Below, one piece after another: positions 36,708 to 50,700 of a DNA stretch of 64,000 nt (position 1 is its first letter; every line of letters starts with the position of its first letter). This DNA is from Protoeuglena noctilucae (taxonomy: Eukaryota), in contig OY253669.1 in NCBI GenBank assembly GCA_958009085.1, positions 992,001 through 1,056,000 of the forward strand. Direction: 5' to 3'. Both the position numbers and the translations under genes were made by a program. The notes beneath the pieces are model-generated. The model ran no database searches and was not told the DNA's origin. It was given only the letters and a program-made list of their open reading frames with translations.

Positions 36708-39700
36708 TCACTCCTGGAATCTCACGCCCCTGGGAGGCTTTGCCTTTTCCTTGGTTCCCTTGTCTTTGCCCTTCCCGGCCTTCCCGGTACCCTGGGCGAT
36801 GCCGCCCCTCTTCTCAGCCGCCCCTTTCCCCCCCGCGGCCGACCGCTCGCTCTTGCGCATGCTCGGCGGCAGCACCGGACCCTCGGGCCACTTGGGCCCA
36901 TGCACGGGCAGCATCGTCACTCCTGAGGGTAGGCGAGGCGACAGGGGCGCACGTGAGAGCGACCGTGGCTGCCATCCAGCACAGATAGCACCGGCAAGCA
37001 CTGATGCAGAGCGCTGCGCGAGACCAGCACGCAGTTGCGACTCGACTGCAACAGCTATGCTGGCAGCCTCGCTTGCAAGCTCGCATGTCGCTGCACGACC
37101 CAGCACCACTCCCAAAATCTCTTGCACCGCTCAGCTCACCGGACTGCACGGGCAGCGATGCGTCGTCGAGCTCTTCAATGAAGTACCGCCATTGGTCGCG
37201 ATTCTCCTGAGTCACCAGCGGAGACAGGACCTGCCAGGACTGCTCCATGCGCTTGCGAGTGCCGGCGTCCACCGGCTGACTGAGGGGGACGGGCTCACAG
37301 TGAAGGTGAATTGATGCAATGGATGATCGTCAGGGTATTGCTAGCGAGTTCTGTGACACTGAAGCGCCTGGGTTGGAACGTGCTGTTCAGCGGATGAAGC
37401 AGAGCGGAGCGGGCAACGATAGCGTGATGCTTGTAGCAAGGCACTGGAAGAGCGCTGAGCGTTGCTGGGCTCACCGTGTGAGGCTCCGTGCGGGCCGTGC
37501 GAGGTCGCGGCTGAGGGGGTAGGTGGCGACGGCGATGGCGGGGAGGATGTCCGGGTGGCAGTTGGCGACGGCGCGGCGGAACACGCGCGCGGCGTTCTCG
37601 TGGTGCATGTGGGGGCCGGACCAGGAGTGCAGGACAGCGGCGTCGCGTGCGATGGCCCACACGCACGCCTTGCACATCTCGACCAGGTTGCCACGCGCCC
37701 CCTGCTGCAGGTGCCCGCGGAACATCCCATCGAACGCCGCCCCGTTGAGGAAGTAGCTCCCCAGGTCCTGCATCGGTACGCCGCGCACCACGACGTTCAT
37801 CTCGTCCCTGCAGAGCACGGCACGTTTTGGTGTTAATGACTGGCACGGACAAGTCGGGAATTCGACTCGCTGCGGCATGCGTTGGTGTGGACTTGTCACC
37901 AGAAGGAAGGGTCCCGGGTCAGTCGCTCGACCAATGCGAGTCGCGCTGCACGGCCGAAGCGTGCCACCCCGTAGCTCTGCAAAAAGGGCATGGGACTGAA
38001 CTGAAGGCACCAGCCAATAGCGAGGACCTTTCCATGCACGAACACCCCGCCCTTGCTCACTCAGACGCATTGCAGGCGTATACGAAGCATGGGCCATGCA
38101 ATGTTAGCAGTGGGGCTCGCACAGACGCTCACCTCGTCGACCTTGTCCCAGAGGAGCCCTGCCGCGAAGCGCTGCAGCGACCGCAGTGCGATCTGCATGT
38201 CGTGGGCGGTACGGAGCCGGGGGTGGCTCAGCAGCGCCAACAGCAGCTCGACCACGGGGTCAATCAGCATGTATGCTGCGGGAAAAGAAGAGATACAGTG
38301 GTGACAGCGCCAAGGCAGGTGCATGTGTGACCATGGTTGGGGTGCCCCTGACCGACTCGTCCCATTGTTGTCGATCCCTGCGTTGCATTGCGAGACGCAG
38401 GCGCCACTCACTGACTTTGAAAGACGAGTACATGTCCGGGCCCTGCCGCGCCTCCAAGCCCGCCACCGGGAGCTTGTCCCTCGCGTGCTGCGACAGAGAG
38501 CACGGCACAGTCAGGGCATGCGCATGGCGTGTCAGAAGCACACCCTGTGACAGCCAGCCTTATTGCGCATGGCATGCGAGCATCACACCCTGACAGAGTC
38601 ACGCATGCAAGGACATCCACCTTGGTGCACACGAGGAATGTCTCCACCAGGAAAGCCAGGTCGATCACGACGTTGATCTTGGCAGCGGCCCGCTCGTTCT
38701 CATAGGCCAGCACCGCCAGCATGCGCAGGGACAGCCCCACCACCTCCGCCACCTCCTTTGGCTGCTCGGGCGCCAGGTACACCTGCACCTCCTGCGCCCC
38801 TCGCTGCAGAGAGCAAACAAAAGTGTGAGATGTGTCAAGTTGTCGTCCGTCGCGTGGACGGCGTCAATGCTTTTCCCCAGCCGGGGCACATGTAGCCCAC
38901 CAGCCATGCGCGCACCCCATGCCCTAACCCTAACCACAATCATACCCCACCCATCAGCCGTGCGACCGCCCCTCACCTTTGGGGCCTTCCACGTCGTCTC
39001 TCCCCGGACGATGCGCGCGAGCGGCTGCAGCACCGAGCCCAAATGCGCGATGACGGCGGCCCGGGCGGCCCGGTTGTGTGAGGTGGGCGCAAGCAGGAAC
39101 GCGTCCACTTGCTGGTCGAGCCCCGTTGCTCCCCCGACCGCCAACTCCTGGGGCAGGAGGTGCCCCGCGAGCAGCGTGAGGGCCATGCTGGTGCCCTCGA
39201 TGCACCAGTGCTTGCCGGCGATGCACGCCGTCAGTATGCGCTCGACACCATTGCATGACAGCAGCCGCTGCAGGGCCAGGAGCGCCGGGGGGGTCTCCGC
39301 GCGCGTCTCCGGCTTGCTCGGGTCCGTCGAATCCTTCACGTTATCGTCCAGCTGGCGCCTGCGGACAAACCAAAGCCGGCAGCTGTGCTCAGCAGGTCCC
39401 CACGCACATGGCGCACCAATCACCTACCAGGAGAGATGCTACGTGCCGGGAATGGCCGTAATGGAAAACGCGCTTACCTCGAACCGCCGTTGGCTTCGGC
39501 GTCCTCTCCCACACCTTCTGGCCCGTCCTTCTGCTTGGCCGACGCGAGCAGTCGTCGCACGCTGCGCAGCGGGGTCAGTTGCACCGCCGACAGAGCCTCC
39601 GCTTGGTCGGGGTTGCCCGGCGGGAGCGTGAGGCTGTACAGGCACCGGAGGGCACCCAGCAGAGACTGGCTGAGGGCCTGCCGCCTCAACCGCACCCTGC

Positions 39701-42165
39701 ATGTGCGCAAGTGACGGACTGTGAGCCAGACCAGCACCCTGTACGGCAAGATGCGCGGCATGGCCGATGCGCATTCGCATGCCACGCACCGGACCGCTTC
39801 GCGAGCGGTGGCTGCCGCCTCCTCCTCTCCCCCACCGCTGGTGAGGCTCGTGGAGGGCCCGCCGTACACCGTGCTGCCAGGCTGCCACGCCAGGTCCCCC
39901 GCGCGGCTCTCCACGTCCAGCCACGTCCGCGACACGTGCTCCACGCACGCCACCAGGCGGTCCACGGCCCCCATCTCCACGCTCAGCTCCACATCGGCCA
40001 GCAGCGCTGCCCTCGCCTCCGTGTAAGCAAAAGGCTCCTCCGGGAGGCGGTCGAGCACCGCCAACGCGCGCCGCACCCCGGTGAGCACCCGACACCTCGC
40101 GCGGTGCTGCGGCCAGTCCTCCCGCTGGTGCGTCTTGCAGCAGTACCTTACGCCACGACACCGCTCGCACCGCCACAGCTCCACTCCCTTCTTCGCCCTG
40201 TGCGGATGCGAAATCCCACACGTGTCTCCCCATGCCAGCCAACGCCCACGCATCGCCGCGCGCGCCTCACGATGCTGCGCTGCCCTCACCCTGTCCCGCA
40301 CAGGTTGCAGTGCACCGCGTGCCAGAGCCATATCTTGGCCTGCCGGCTCTGGCCCAGCGCCCTCTTGCTGCAGGGCCAGAACTTCGCCACATCCGGGTCC
40401 TCCCACCACATCGCCCCGTGGCTGAGATGCGGGACCCCGTCTGCTGCCCCGGCCCCAGGGGACCCACCACGCTCACCGCCCTGCGTCAATGCACTCGCTG
40501 GCCGCGGGACCGTGTTGGGCCTTGAGACAGGGCTCACGGCCCTGGTGCGCTCTGGACTGGACGTGTGAAGGGCGGGGGCGCCGGGAGCGTGGGCCGTCTC
40601 GCACAGCCGGGCAGGCCGCTCGGCCCTGCGTGCACCGAGGGAGCCCAGAGCTGTTGCCGAGCCCTGCACTCGCACCTGTGACAGCCCATACGCGCTCCAC
40701 AGCCATCCTAAGCGGAAGCAGTGCCTCCCTCTCCTCACCCGCCCGTTCCGCACTCACCTCCCAGGCACCAGCAGCGCCTCCCTGTCTGCCCTTCTCGTCA
40801 CCCACCGCACCACCGCCTCCCGCATGTCCGCCCGCACCACCTCCATCTCCGCCGCCCTGCTTTCCAACGCCCACTGCAGCTGCTCGCCCTGCAGCGTGCC
40901 CTCCAAGTGCTGCAACAGCGCGGAGAGGGCAGGGACAGGCCCGGGCTGCGGGTGTGGAGCGGGCGGGTCAGCTACTCGTCAGGACCTGACAACTATGACA
41001 CAGGTGCAGCCCGGTGTTGCACAGCAGGGGTCGAGCGAGGCTGGCGCAGAGTCGGCGCGACTCACCCACAGCGCCCATCGCACGAGGGTGGGGTCTGCGC
41101 CCTTGGAGAGGAGCAGGCGCACGACGGGGAGGTTGCCGCCCGCGACGGCGACGGCGAGCGGCGTCACGTCCCGCGCGGGGGCGCGGAAGTCGATGGGGCA
41201 GCCGGCGTCGATGGCGAGTTCGACCATGGCCAGCAAGTCACGCCGGCGCCGCTCCTCCCACGGCGGCACCCACGTCGCGGCGAGGATGTGGGGAATGCAG
41301 AGGCCGACGTTGGTGGCGAAGGAAGGGTGTATGAGGGGCAAGTGCTGCGGGAACAGGTGGATACGGGCGCTCAGTTATGCAAACGGGTGCGTCCCAAGCA
41401 CAATTCGGTGTGGCCATGTCAGCGGGCACTCGCCACAGCGCGGGTGAAGGCTCGCGGGTCCAGGGCCGCAGCGGCGGAGACGACTTGGAGCTCTGAGGGC
41501 GAAGGGGCGCGTATCTCCCCCGACGCCGTGAGGCGCACGCGGTGGCTGTTCTGAACACGCGCCGCGGCGCACTCGGCGCACAGGCAGGTGCGCCCGGCGC
41601 TGTAGGCCATCTTCCCCGGCACGTGCGTGATGCCCGAATCGAGGACGCAGCGGGCGTGGATGCCCGCCCGCGCCGCCTCGCTCGTCTGCCGCACCTCCTC
41701 CAGCCCGCGGGCCGGGTCCCGCAGCCGCTGGAGCTCCGCGCGGCCCTGCGCCACGGACAGCACCGCGGCCGCGTCCTCAAGGAGGCCCTGGGCAAGGAAG
41801 CTACGTGCCAGGGCAAGGTGGCCCTCTAAGTGGTCCGGGAAGGCCCATATGGTGTCGAGGCCGACGTCCTGCGCCAGGGTGTCCTCGCCGAGAGCCAGGA
41901 GAGCGTGGGCGCGGAGGGCCAGGACCCGCACGTTCGTAGGGTCTCGCTGCTGGGCGCGCATGAGGAGCTCGGCCGCGACATCCATGCGGGAATGCCGCAT
42001 CGCGTCCTCGGCGAGAGCCTGGAACTCCTCCGCCTCGCTCTCCCGCTTCTTCCTCTCGTCAAAGGCCTCGCGCCCAATCACGGATGGCGCCTTCATCGGG
42101 CCCTTGGGGCCCCTCTGCCGCCCCAGTCGCCCGCGGGCCGCGAAGAGGGCGTCCGCGGTGCGCAT
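36708..42165 (-). CDS. TPR + ankyrin + MYND zinc-finger protein with helical-repeat C-terminal region
   Basis: TPR-like helices (~41700-42040); ankyrin TPLAVAVAGGNLPVVRLLLSKGADP (~41090-41165); MYND finger split by an intron, CNLCGT|..WRCERCRGVRYCCKTHQREDWPQHRARC (~40090-40312); many downstream helical exons; basic tail ending KPPRGVRFQE*. Internal exon boundaries are only partly resolved. Confidence 0.7.
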
Positions 42166-42969
42166 ATTCCCTCGAGTCTCGGCCGGTTGGGACCTATGTG
42201 CACGAAGGAAATGCCTTGACGCAGACTCGGACGCGAGCCTCGCGAGGGTGACGCGGGAGATGCGCCTGGCATTGTTCGCGGCACCTGTCCTGCGCATCCG
42301 GGCCCTGGACGCCCCCTGCGGGTGCGACCGCAGACTCTTCCTTGCGAGACATGTTGTTCTCGCGAATCGCTTTCCCCTCAAAGCGTCAACGCGGTGGCGA
42401 GGGGGGCAACATGTTGCGCCATTCGCGCTTCCACCGCCGGTGGCGCTCCAGCCGGGCTGCCCAGCCAAGAGTGAGGGCATTGCATGAGCGTGCCTCGGCA
42501 TAACCACGCTGACCGGTGCCAGCTAAGCGACGTTGCCAGACGTGCACTGGCGCGGCGCCCATCGGCGGGGAAAGCTCGCCAAGGCGCGCTCACGGCGCTA
42601 CTTTCCGTTCGCTGGGGTGCGTATCGTGTTCTGGGAGATCGGGAGGGGGCCAATGGGTGGGGAAGCACAGCGGTGGGGCGTCCACGTCCCCGCCGCGGCC
42701 CCTTCCTGTTCGTCGCGGTGTCCAGATGACGATGCGTGGTGAGAATTGGAACATCGCAGGGGCCTCCGGGATCATCTTGACCCCAAACGCGGGGCTTCGC
42801 GAGGCTGCGTCAAACGCTGCACGGCATCGCCCGCCGCGCCCCCCTCGCGGCATCAATTTCGGGCCTGGGCCCTCACATGGCTAATTACAAAGTATGCAAA
42901 CGGGCCTCGAGCCCCGGGACACCTGCAGCGCGGACCAGGAGGCGTAATTTGGCAGGATGCCTTGCGACA

Positions 42970-44906
42970 ATGTTGAGCTGCGCGTCTGCGCGGCGGCCCC
43001 CGAGAGTCGCCGTCCTGCCTTGCGAGAGATCTTCTCCGTATCCATTCCGCTGTTCCTGTCAGCAGGGCCCGCTTCGAGCTTTCGGAGGAAGCTGCAGCAC
43101 CTCGCGTCAGTGCCCGATGCATCTCGCACGCGGCGCGGGTGCACGGCGAGGGGGGGCAGGGCACGGGATGCAGACGAGGAGTCGTTACCGTGCTTCGTGG
43201 CGGAGGGGGACGCGGGGCCCGCATCGCCTTCCCTGGCGCGGGGTCGGGGCCGCACCGGCCGCGCCGGCGCCGCGCCCCCGCCCCGCTGGCCATCATTGAG
43301 CTGCCGTGGGACGCGCGGGACGCGAGCATCGCGGTGAAGGGCTTCGTGGCGGGTTCAATCGCGGCGACTCTCTTCCAGAACGCGGTGGCCGTGGGCACGC
43401 TCGTCCGTCGGGGCATGGACGAGCTGGTCTCTGGCCTCCAGGGCCTGCAACCGGGCGTGGCTCGTCACGTGGACATGGTTCTGGCGCCCCTGCGAGCGTT
43501 GGCGACGCGGCTCGTGCACCCGAGCCAGGACATGATCCGCCACACGGGTGGGTGCCCAGATGCCTCGCGCGTGCTTTGCATAGGTGCTGGCTTCTTCTGG
43601 CGCTAAGCAGATGTTCTTGCGCGTCCCGCAGTGCTCGCCTGAGCTTGCACAGAGCGCGTGCGGCATGCACCAGGGCTCCTCACCCGTCCTGACCCATCCA
43701 TTTCAATTGCAGTGGCGGGGACCCTCGCGAGGACGATGGCCCAGATCGCCATCCACCCCATCGACACGGTCAAGACGAGGCTGCAGGTCAAGACCCCGGT
43801 GGAGAAGCTGATACGATGGAAGAGCAAGGCGAGCAGCTGCGGTACATGCCACGTGACGATGCCGCCCGCGACATCTCTCTAGAAGCGCGACCCCGCTGTG
43901 GAGTCGACCGCCACCACCCCGGCCTTCCGCAGATCATGACCAAGTCCTTCACGGTGGCCCTGGGCGGCCGGCAGTTCCTGGACGTGAAGAACGTGCTGTA
44001 CCGGGGACCGAGGGACATCTACTTGGGCGTCATCGGGTCGATGGTGTCCACGCTGGGGGTCGGGGTCCTGTACTTTGGCACCTACCAGGCCTTCAAGGCT
44101 ACGGCGGACGAGCACCTTGCCTCCACGCGCTTCGCCTCCCTCAGCCACGTCATGGCCGCGAGCACGGGCGCGGTGGTGTCGGCGCTGGTGCGCGTCCCGG
44201 GCGACACCCTCAAGCACCGGGTGCAGGCCTACTTCCACCCCAACTGCTGGGCGGCGTTGCAGGCGATCGTGCGGGAGGAGGGCGTCGCAGGGCTCTACAA
44301 GGGTTTCTCCGCCACGCTCATCCGCGACGTCCCGGAGATCGCCATCCAGTTCACGGCCTACGAGGCCTTCCGCCGGGCGGTGGTGCGGCGGCGAGGAGAG
44401 GAGAAGCTGCCCACCTACGAGCACCTGCTTCTGGGGGGCGCCGCGGGGGCGCTGGCGGCCAGCTGCACCATGCCGCTTGACTACATCAAGACGGTCGTGC
44501 AGTGCGGGCGGCCGGAGCCCATCTTCCAGGTCCTGCAGAACACGCTGGCGGCCGAGGGACCCCGGGGGCTGTTCAAGGGGATGGGGCCACGCGTGCTGAT
44601 GACCACCACGATGAGCGCGGCGTTCTTCGGCCTTTTCGAGTTCTGGAAGCAGGTGCGGGCAGATTGGGGTGTGGTATGGGTATGGCAGGGCATGTGCATG
44701 GGGCGTAGTGTGGCTGGGTATGTGCGTGGGGCATGGTGTGACGAACACTGCGTGTGGTGGTTACCAACGTCCTCTTGCCTCTCGCGCAGGTCCTCAAATC
44801 GACCGAGTTTCGAAAAGGAAGCGACAAGGCCTTCTTGCCGAAGGTCATGGGGAAGAAGAGGGACAAGGTGCGGCACAGCGGCAGCGCGAGCGTGTCTGCG
44901 CTGTGA
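42970..44906 (+). CDS. Mitochondrial-carrier-family (SLC25, SAM-carrier-like) protein with N-terminal extension
   Basis: Three PX[DE]XX[KR] motifs: HPIDTVKTRLQ, VPGDTLKHRVQ, MPLDYIKTVVQ; also GLYKGF...RDVP and GLFKGMGPR. The long Arg/Ala-rich N-extension suggests plastid targeting; the start is uncertain. Confidence 0.85.
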
Positions 44907-45669
44907 GCGCGCTTGTTCGTCATCAGCTGGCGCGACCCCGGCGATCGCCAGCGCGTGTCCCCAGAGATGAGGGGCTAGAGAGAAATGAAATTCATGCAGT
45001 CGGGGCGTTCGCCGCGCCTGGGTGGCAGTGGGGGGTGCAAGAGAGCGTGTATGTGAGCCTTGTCTGTCAGACCGACCAGTGCGAAAAGGTACTAACACAT
45101 GCCCCCCAGGTTCACTCCAACCACACTGAATCCGCGTTACCATGTACCCGTCAGTGCCGCCGCCTGCAGATGCACAGGGGCCCTCTCTCACGCGTGGTGT
45201 CTGTGTTTGGTCACTTGTAGTGTTGGCGAGCGCCCCTGCCAATGTCAATTCCATGACCAGCGCCTCCTGACTTACCGCAGATCTGGAAGCGGCAAGGGCT
45301 GACGTCATGAAATGTTACCGGAACCCTCTCGCACCGCGGGACGTCGATAATCACCGGACTGGGACCGACCCTGACGACGCCGCTCAGTGTCAGCTGTTGC
45401 CCTGAGTCAACTCTGCGGACCGGATATCTGCTTCTTCCAGCAACTGCCGTGCTGCTTTTCGGACGCCGCCGTTTGCCATACGGAGCGATGACTCTTTGTG
45501 ATAGTTGCGTGCCTTTGAGTGTCCATGGGCGTGGGTTCTAACTCCAGAGGCCCTCATCCGGGCCCGCGCCTGCTGCTCTTCACATATGCCAGCGTCTGCC
45601 TACGCACTTCGTGCTCCGACGCGCACCTACTTGAAAAAGTCACGCCATGAATCGTTGCGAGCCAGGACC

Positions 45670-47435
45670 TCACGCCTTGGTGCCCTGCAGGGAATCCAGC
45701 TGCGCCTGCGGGCACGGGCGATTGCGAAGCGACGCGTTGCTGGCGAGTCAATACAGCAGGTGTCATTGCCGAGTGGATACGGGCCCAGGCCGCAGCGTGT
45801 CGTGTGTCAGTCACGGGGGCGTGTCGGGCACACACGCGCCCCTCGGCGCAAAGACAGGGCCTCTCTCCGCCTCACCTTGGCCTGCTTGGTCAGCTGCTCC
45901 AAGGCCTGGCTGCCCTCCTTGGGGAAGTTGAGGGCCAGCGCAAAGATGCCCACCAAGGCACCCAGCTCGAACATCTGCACGTGTGCAGAGGCACCAATGC
46001 TGGCTGTCAGCTACCACCGCCGCTGGCCATGAGCAGGACTGAAGATGGACATGGACAGATGCCCACGCTGGCTATGAGCGCAAGTCGGCCCTAGCAGCCT
46101 TGCCCGCGCCCCTCGTGTCCCAGCGAGTCGCTTGCCTGAGTCATGAAGAACGTGAATGCGCCCTTGTACCTCTTGCTGCGCACGTGGCCGAAGGGGTCGC
46201 GCTCCACCGGCTTCTCCTTCTCCTTCTCCGCGGCCTTCTGCGCTGCCTTGGGAGCCTCCTTGGCAGGGGCGGGCTTGGCAGGCGCCGGCTTCGACTCCGC
46301 ACGCGTCACGGGGGCGGGGGCCGGGGCGGGGGTCGGCTTGACCTGAGCGGCCTCGCGGATGGCGTCCATGAAGGAGCTGGTGGACGTGTCGGCGGCGGGG
46401 GCAGCCGTGGCGGCAGCAGGGGCGGGGGCGGGGGCGGGGGTGGCTGGCTTGGCGGGCTCGGCGGCCGTCTGGCCCGCAGTGCGACCGAAGCCGCCGAAGG
46501 AGAAGGGCTTGACCTTGGCCGGGGCGGTGTCCGCCTTCTCGGCAGCGGGCTCGGCCTTGGCAGGGGCAGGGGCCGCCTCAGCCTTGGCCGGGGCGGCCTC
46601 AGCCTTGGTGCCCTCCGCCTCCTCCGCGGCCTCCGTCTTGGCTTCCTTGTTAGCGCTGAAGTTGCGGAACGAGAAGCCACCGGACGCTGCGAGCAATGGC
46701 GGGGTCTGAGCAGGTGAGCTGCTGGGCCTGCGTAGCAGCACCCATGCAGCCGCTTCGGAGGAGCTGCAAGTGTCCGAGAAACAAGTGCGGGCTTGTGACT
46801 GCTCACGCTTGGGGGCCACGTTGGGGGTAGACGACGAGCGCGTGGCCGCCTCGTACATGCTCAGTGCCTCGGAGGGGTCGAGGGCAAGGGCAGGGTTCAC
46901 GGACAGCGAGAGGCCGGCAGCGAGCAGGCCCGCCAGGAACGCCTGAGGGGGAAGCTGAGAAGGGCCAGTTAGCAGACACAGGGAAGCCGGCAGTCCATCG
47001 GGGCGGATGCGCGGAGACGGCGGAGACCTATGGCGGTGGCCTCAGGTAGGCTTGATGCGTTATAGCGGGAGTGCTTGGCTCTCGATGGCCAGATGCAAGG
47101 GCCACCGCAATCTAGAACGTGCACTATGCATGGCAGACTGCAGTCCGCGATTGCGAAGGCGCAGGCGCGGAGGACAAGGTGGATTTCTGCACCCTCATCC
47201 ACAACCGCGCGCTCCGACGATGCTGCACCGCAGCCTTCCGTGACACGTGTATCCCTAACGATACGATGTCGTAGCTCCATCTATGCTATCGAAAAGGCCC
47301 CCGTCGCTCTCTCTGCTCCGGCACGCCGCCCACCTTCTCACGGCGAGCAGCTTGGGGCGCGACGGAGCGCGCCCGGCGCGCGCCCGAGGCGGCGCTGCCG
47401 GCCGACACCGGCTTTGCAATAGGAGCGACCCGCAT
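45670..47435 (-). CDS. Uncharacterised thylakoid protein (bipartite transit peptide, Ala/Pro/Lys/Glu-rich region, one C-terminal TM)
   Basis: Exon 1 MRVAPIAKPVSAGSAASGARRARSVAPQAARREK joins AFLAGLLAAGLSLSVNPALA-LDPS (RR, hydrophobic core, A-x-A). Then PAPAK-rich low complexity, FTFFMTQ|MFELGALVGIFALALNF and a short tail ...AQLDSLQGTKA*. Confidence 0.7.
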
Positions 47436-47714
47436 GGCCGTCATCGAGGATCAGAGGCCTGGGTCAACTCCCTCGTGACCAAAAGTCGGACTCTTGCCCG
47501 TGCGCGAAACGGCTGGAAAGATTGTGATAACGAATGCAAGCGATGTGCCGAAGGACACGCAGCTCTCGGTCGGCAGCCCGGTGTCACTGGCATGCGAAGG
47601 CCGTGCTGCACAATCTTCACCCAGCAGCGCACATGTGGACACAGCGATCACGCTTTAGGCATCTCCGGTGTCATGCTACGCTCTTCATGCACGCTCTCAT
47701 CCGCTCATTCGGCG

Positions 47715-50700
47715 CTATTCATCCGCCTCCTCGTCACAGTAGAAGGCCTCGCTCGAGATGGAGTCGTCTGCGGACCCGTCCATGTCTGCGTCGCTCCGCC
47801 CGTCGCTCGCCACAGCTGCCGCGACCGCCTCCTCCCCTCCCTCTTTTCCATCGCGAGCCCCGACCGCGCCCTCCCGCTCGCCCTCCGCATCTCCAGACGC
47901 CTCCTCGCTGCTCCCCGCGTTGGCACCCGCCCGCTGCGCCCGGTGCGCCTCTGCGGCCCGCGCCACCTCCTCCTGCTCCCTCCGCTCGCACGCGTGCTCC
48001 TGCAGCTTCGCCTCGAACTCCTCAATCGCCTCCCGCACCTCCGGCTTAGTCGCTGACTTCTGTGGAGGTGCAAAGGACCCGGCAGAGGCACTTGCCGGGA
48101 GACAGCGGGTGCCGGGGTGGCCCACCCGGCCGCCTGTGACTTGACCCAGAGCCGTGGACAGTTTCGTCGCACCCTTGCCAGCGCAGATGGCCTGGTACGG
48201 CTTGCCTGGCGCAGGGGCGGTCCCCGCATTGCTCACGCACCTTGGCTTTGGTGACGGTGGCGTTGAAGTGGTGCAGCACCTCCTCGTCCGATAAGGCCTC
48301 CTGGTAGTGGCCAAAGTGCTCCGTCAGCTTGCGAAGGCCCTTGTCAGACAGCGGCAGCTGAGACAGGCAGAAGGCTGCGGAAACAGGGGCGTAGCGAGGG
48401 CGTGAGGGCGGGCGCAGGGAGTGCACGGGAGCTAAGGGCCACCAGGCAAAGCAAGCAAGCACACAGGCACACACACAGGTGTGCTCACCCAGGTCGCGCC
48501 ACTTGCGGGGCTGGTGGGTCTGGCCCATGCGCAGGCAGAGCTTTTCCACGAGGCCGTGCAGGTGCTGGTCCTTGGAGATGAATTGCAGGAGGAAGGCGAG
48601 GATGCGACTGCGGGCGCGGTCGGCCAGGGCGGCGTGAATGGCAAAAGGCTACGGGCTGCAGCGTTCCCGAAATCGCCCATGCAGCCCCACACAGCCGCAC
48701 TGTGTCCCAGGCAGTCGCGAGTTGCGCGCACAACGCCTTGCATCGCATCTTGCCCCTCCTGCATCTTGTGCATGGCACAGCACGTCTGGCCCCTTCGTCT
48801 CACCGGAAATCATCCACAGTGAGCCCCTGCTCCTCCCCCAGGACCGACAGGATGTCGGGGAGGAGGTTGTAGATGGGGTTAGTGTTCTTGACGCTCTTCT
48901 TGGCCAGCTCGTGGAAGAAGAGCTGGGCCTGGGGCCGCAGCATGTCGTCGTCGTCCGTCAAAAGCAGCGCCATTTTAGCGATGTTGCCCTTGACCTTGAG
49001 CATGTCGTTCAGGATCAAATGCGTGAGGACCATGAGCGAGGTGCGGCGCACGCCCAGGTTACCGTTCCTGAGAGCGCGCAGGCACAGGCGATGCTGGTGA
49101 CGTTGCGGCATGAAGAGGGCATGAAGAGGGTGGCAGTGGCAGCGGGGGAGGGCATCAAGCGTTCGCGGCGACTAAGCAAATTGCGGCCGTGGTCTCACTT
49201 GAGCGGCATGTAGATGTAGTCCGTGTATGGCTCGAGCACGTTGGGGAAGCGGAACGCCAGGTCGCCCGCGGCCACCACCAGCGTCTTGTGCAACTCCGGG
49301 GACTCGCCGTGGTGCCCCAAGGCCTTGAACACTACGCCGATGTTGGCCTCACTGCGGACGACACGCGGGCGCGCGACACGAGGTGGCACCGACACCCGGC
49401 AGGTGGGCAGTGGCGACGAGCTGCGCTGTGCTGCGCCCATCATGTGCAAAGGTGAAGGATGAGCAGCGCAGTGCCTCACCAGAACTCCGCGTCCAGCGCC
49501 ATCATCTTGCACAGGGCGAGCAGGGCCGATGACCGCAGCCCCGGGGGGGCGCGCGTCAGAGCCGCGTCCTGGCACAGCGCAGACACCAGCGGGCGGTACC
49601 GGCCCAGCAGGCCCCGCGTCCCGATGATCTCCTGCTCCACCGCGTCCTTTAACGCATCCAGCTCTGCGTCCTCTGCCACGGCGCCCACGCCGACCTGCAT
49701 GGGACCAAGGTGACGCACGCAGCTCATGCAGCGCATTGTGACTCCCAACTTGCGCCAAGTGTCTCAGCGGGGGTCGTAGCTCGCATCGTGGGTGGTAGCT
49801 TAGGCAGTGAGCCGTCCCAAGGACAGACGCCCTGCTCCCACCATGGATGTTCCACCTGCGTCGCATGCGCTGGCGAGGTCACCTGTGCGGCGATGTCGTC
49901 TTCGTCATCGCTGGCCTCCCCTTTTGTTGCCTTGGCCTTGCCGCGCGGCCCCGCCTTCTCCACGGCCGCCTCTGCCGCCGAGTCTGCCGCCTGGCGGTCC
50001 CTCGCCAGCCGCGCCGCCCGCACACGCGTCACCTGGCTCTCGCAGTACAGCAGGTGCTGCAGCGCCACGTGGGAGATCAGGAACTGCGAAATGTGAAAGG
50101 AATCTTTGCGTTGTCACGTCGCAGCATGGGTCTGGCGGCTCTTAGACAACGCAGCAAGCTGGGACATGCAAACAACCTCGCCACGGTTGCGCCCAGCCAG
50201 GCCCTCCAAGGCAGGCCGTGCTTTGGATGCAACAATATGGAGGGCCCCCGCTATCGCCGGCGATGTCGCCCTGCCGCCCGCCCTCGTCTCCTCACCAGGA
50301 ACCTGGACAGCTTGGACGCGCTGGCGGTCTCCACGTCGCCCTCGGCAGGCAGGCACTCGCCGTGCATGTGCACGATCAGGCTGCACGCGACGCTCTCGGG
50401 GCGCGGGTGGAGGGCGTACAGGGCCCTGATGGCCGCCTCGCATGCCGTGAACCAGCCCTCGTCGGCCAGCCCTGCGTTGACCACCACGCGCGACAGGCAC
50501 TTGTACGCGCTCTGGAGGACCTCGGGGCTGGGGATCTCGTCCCGCTCGAGGGCGGGAGGAGCGGCGGCGGCCGAGGAGCCCGCGGGCGCCGCCGGGGCCG
50601 GGCCGCCCGGGGGCGCGTTGTGGGGCATGGCCCTGCCGACGTGGTAGAGCGCGACGCAGGCATGGCGCATCAGCAGGGCGTCCGGGTGGCCGAAGCCCGC

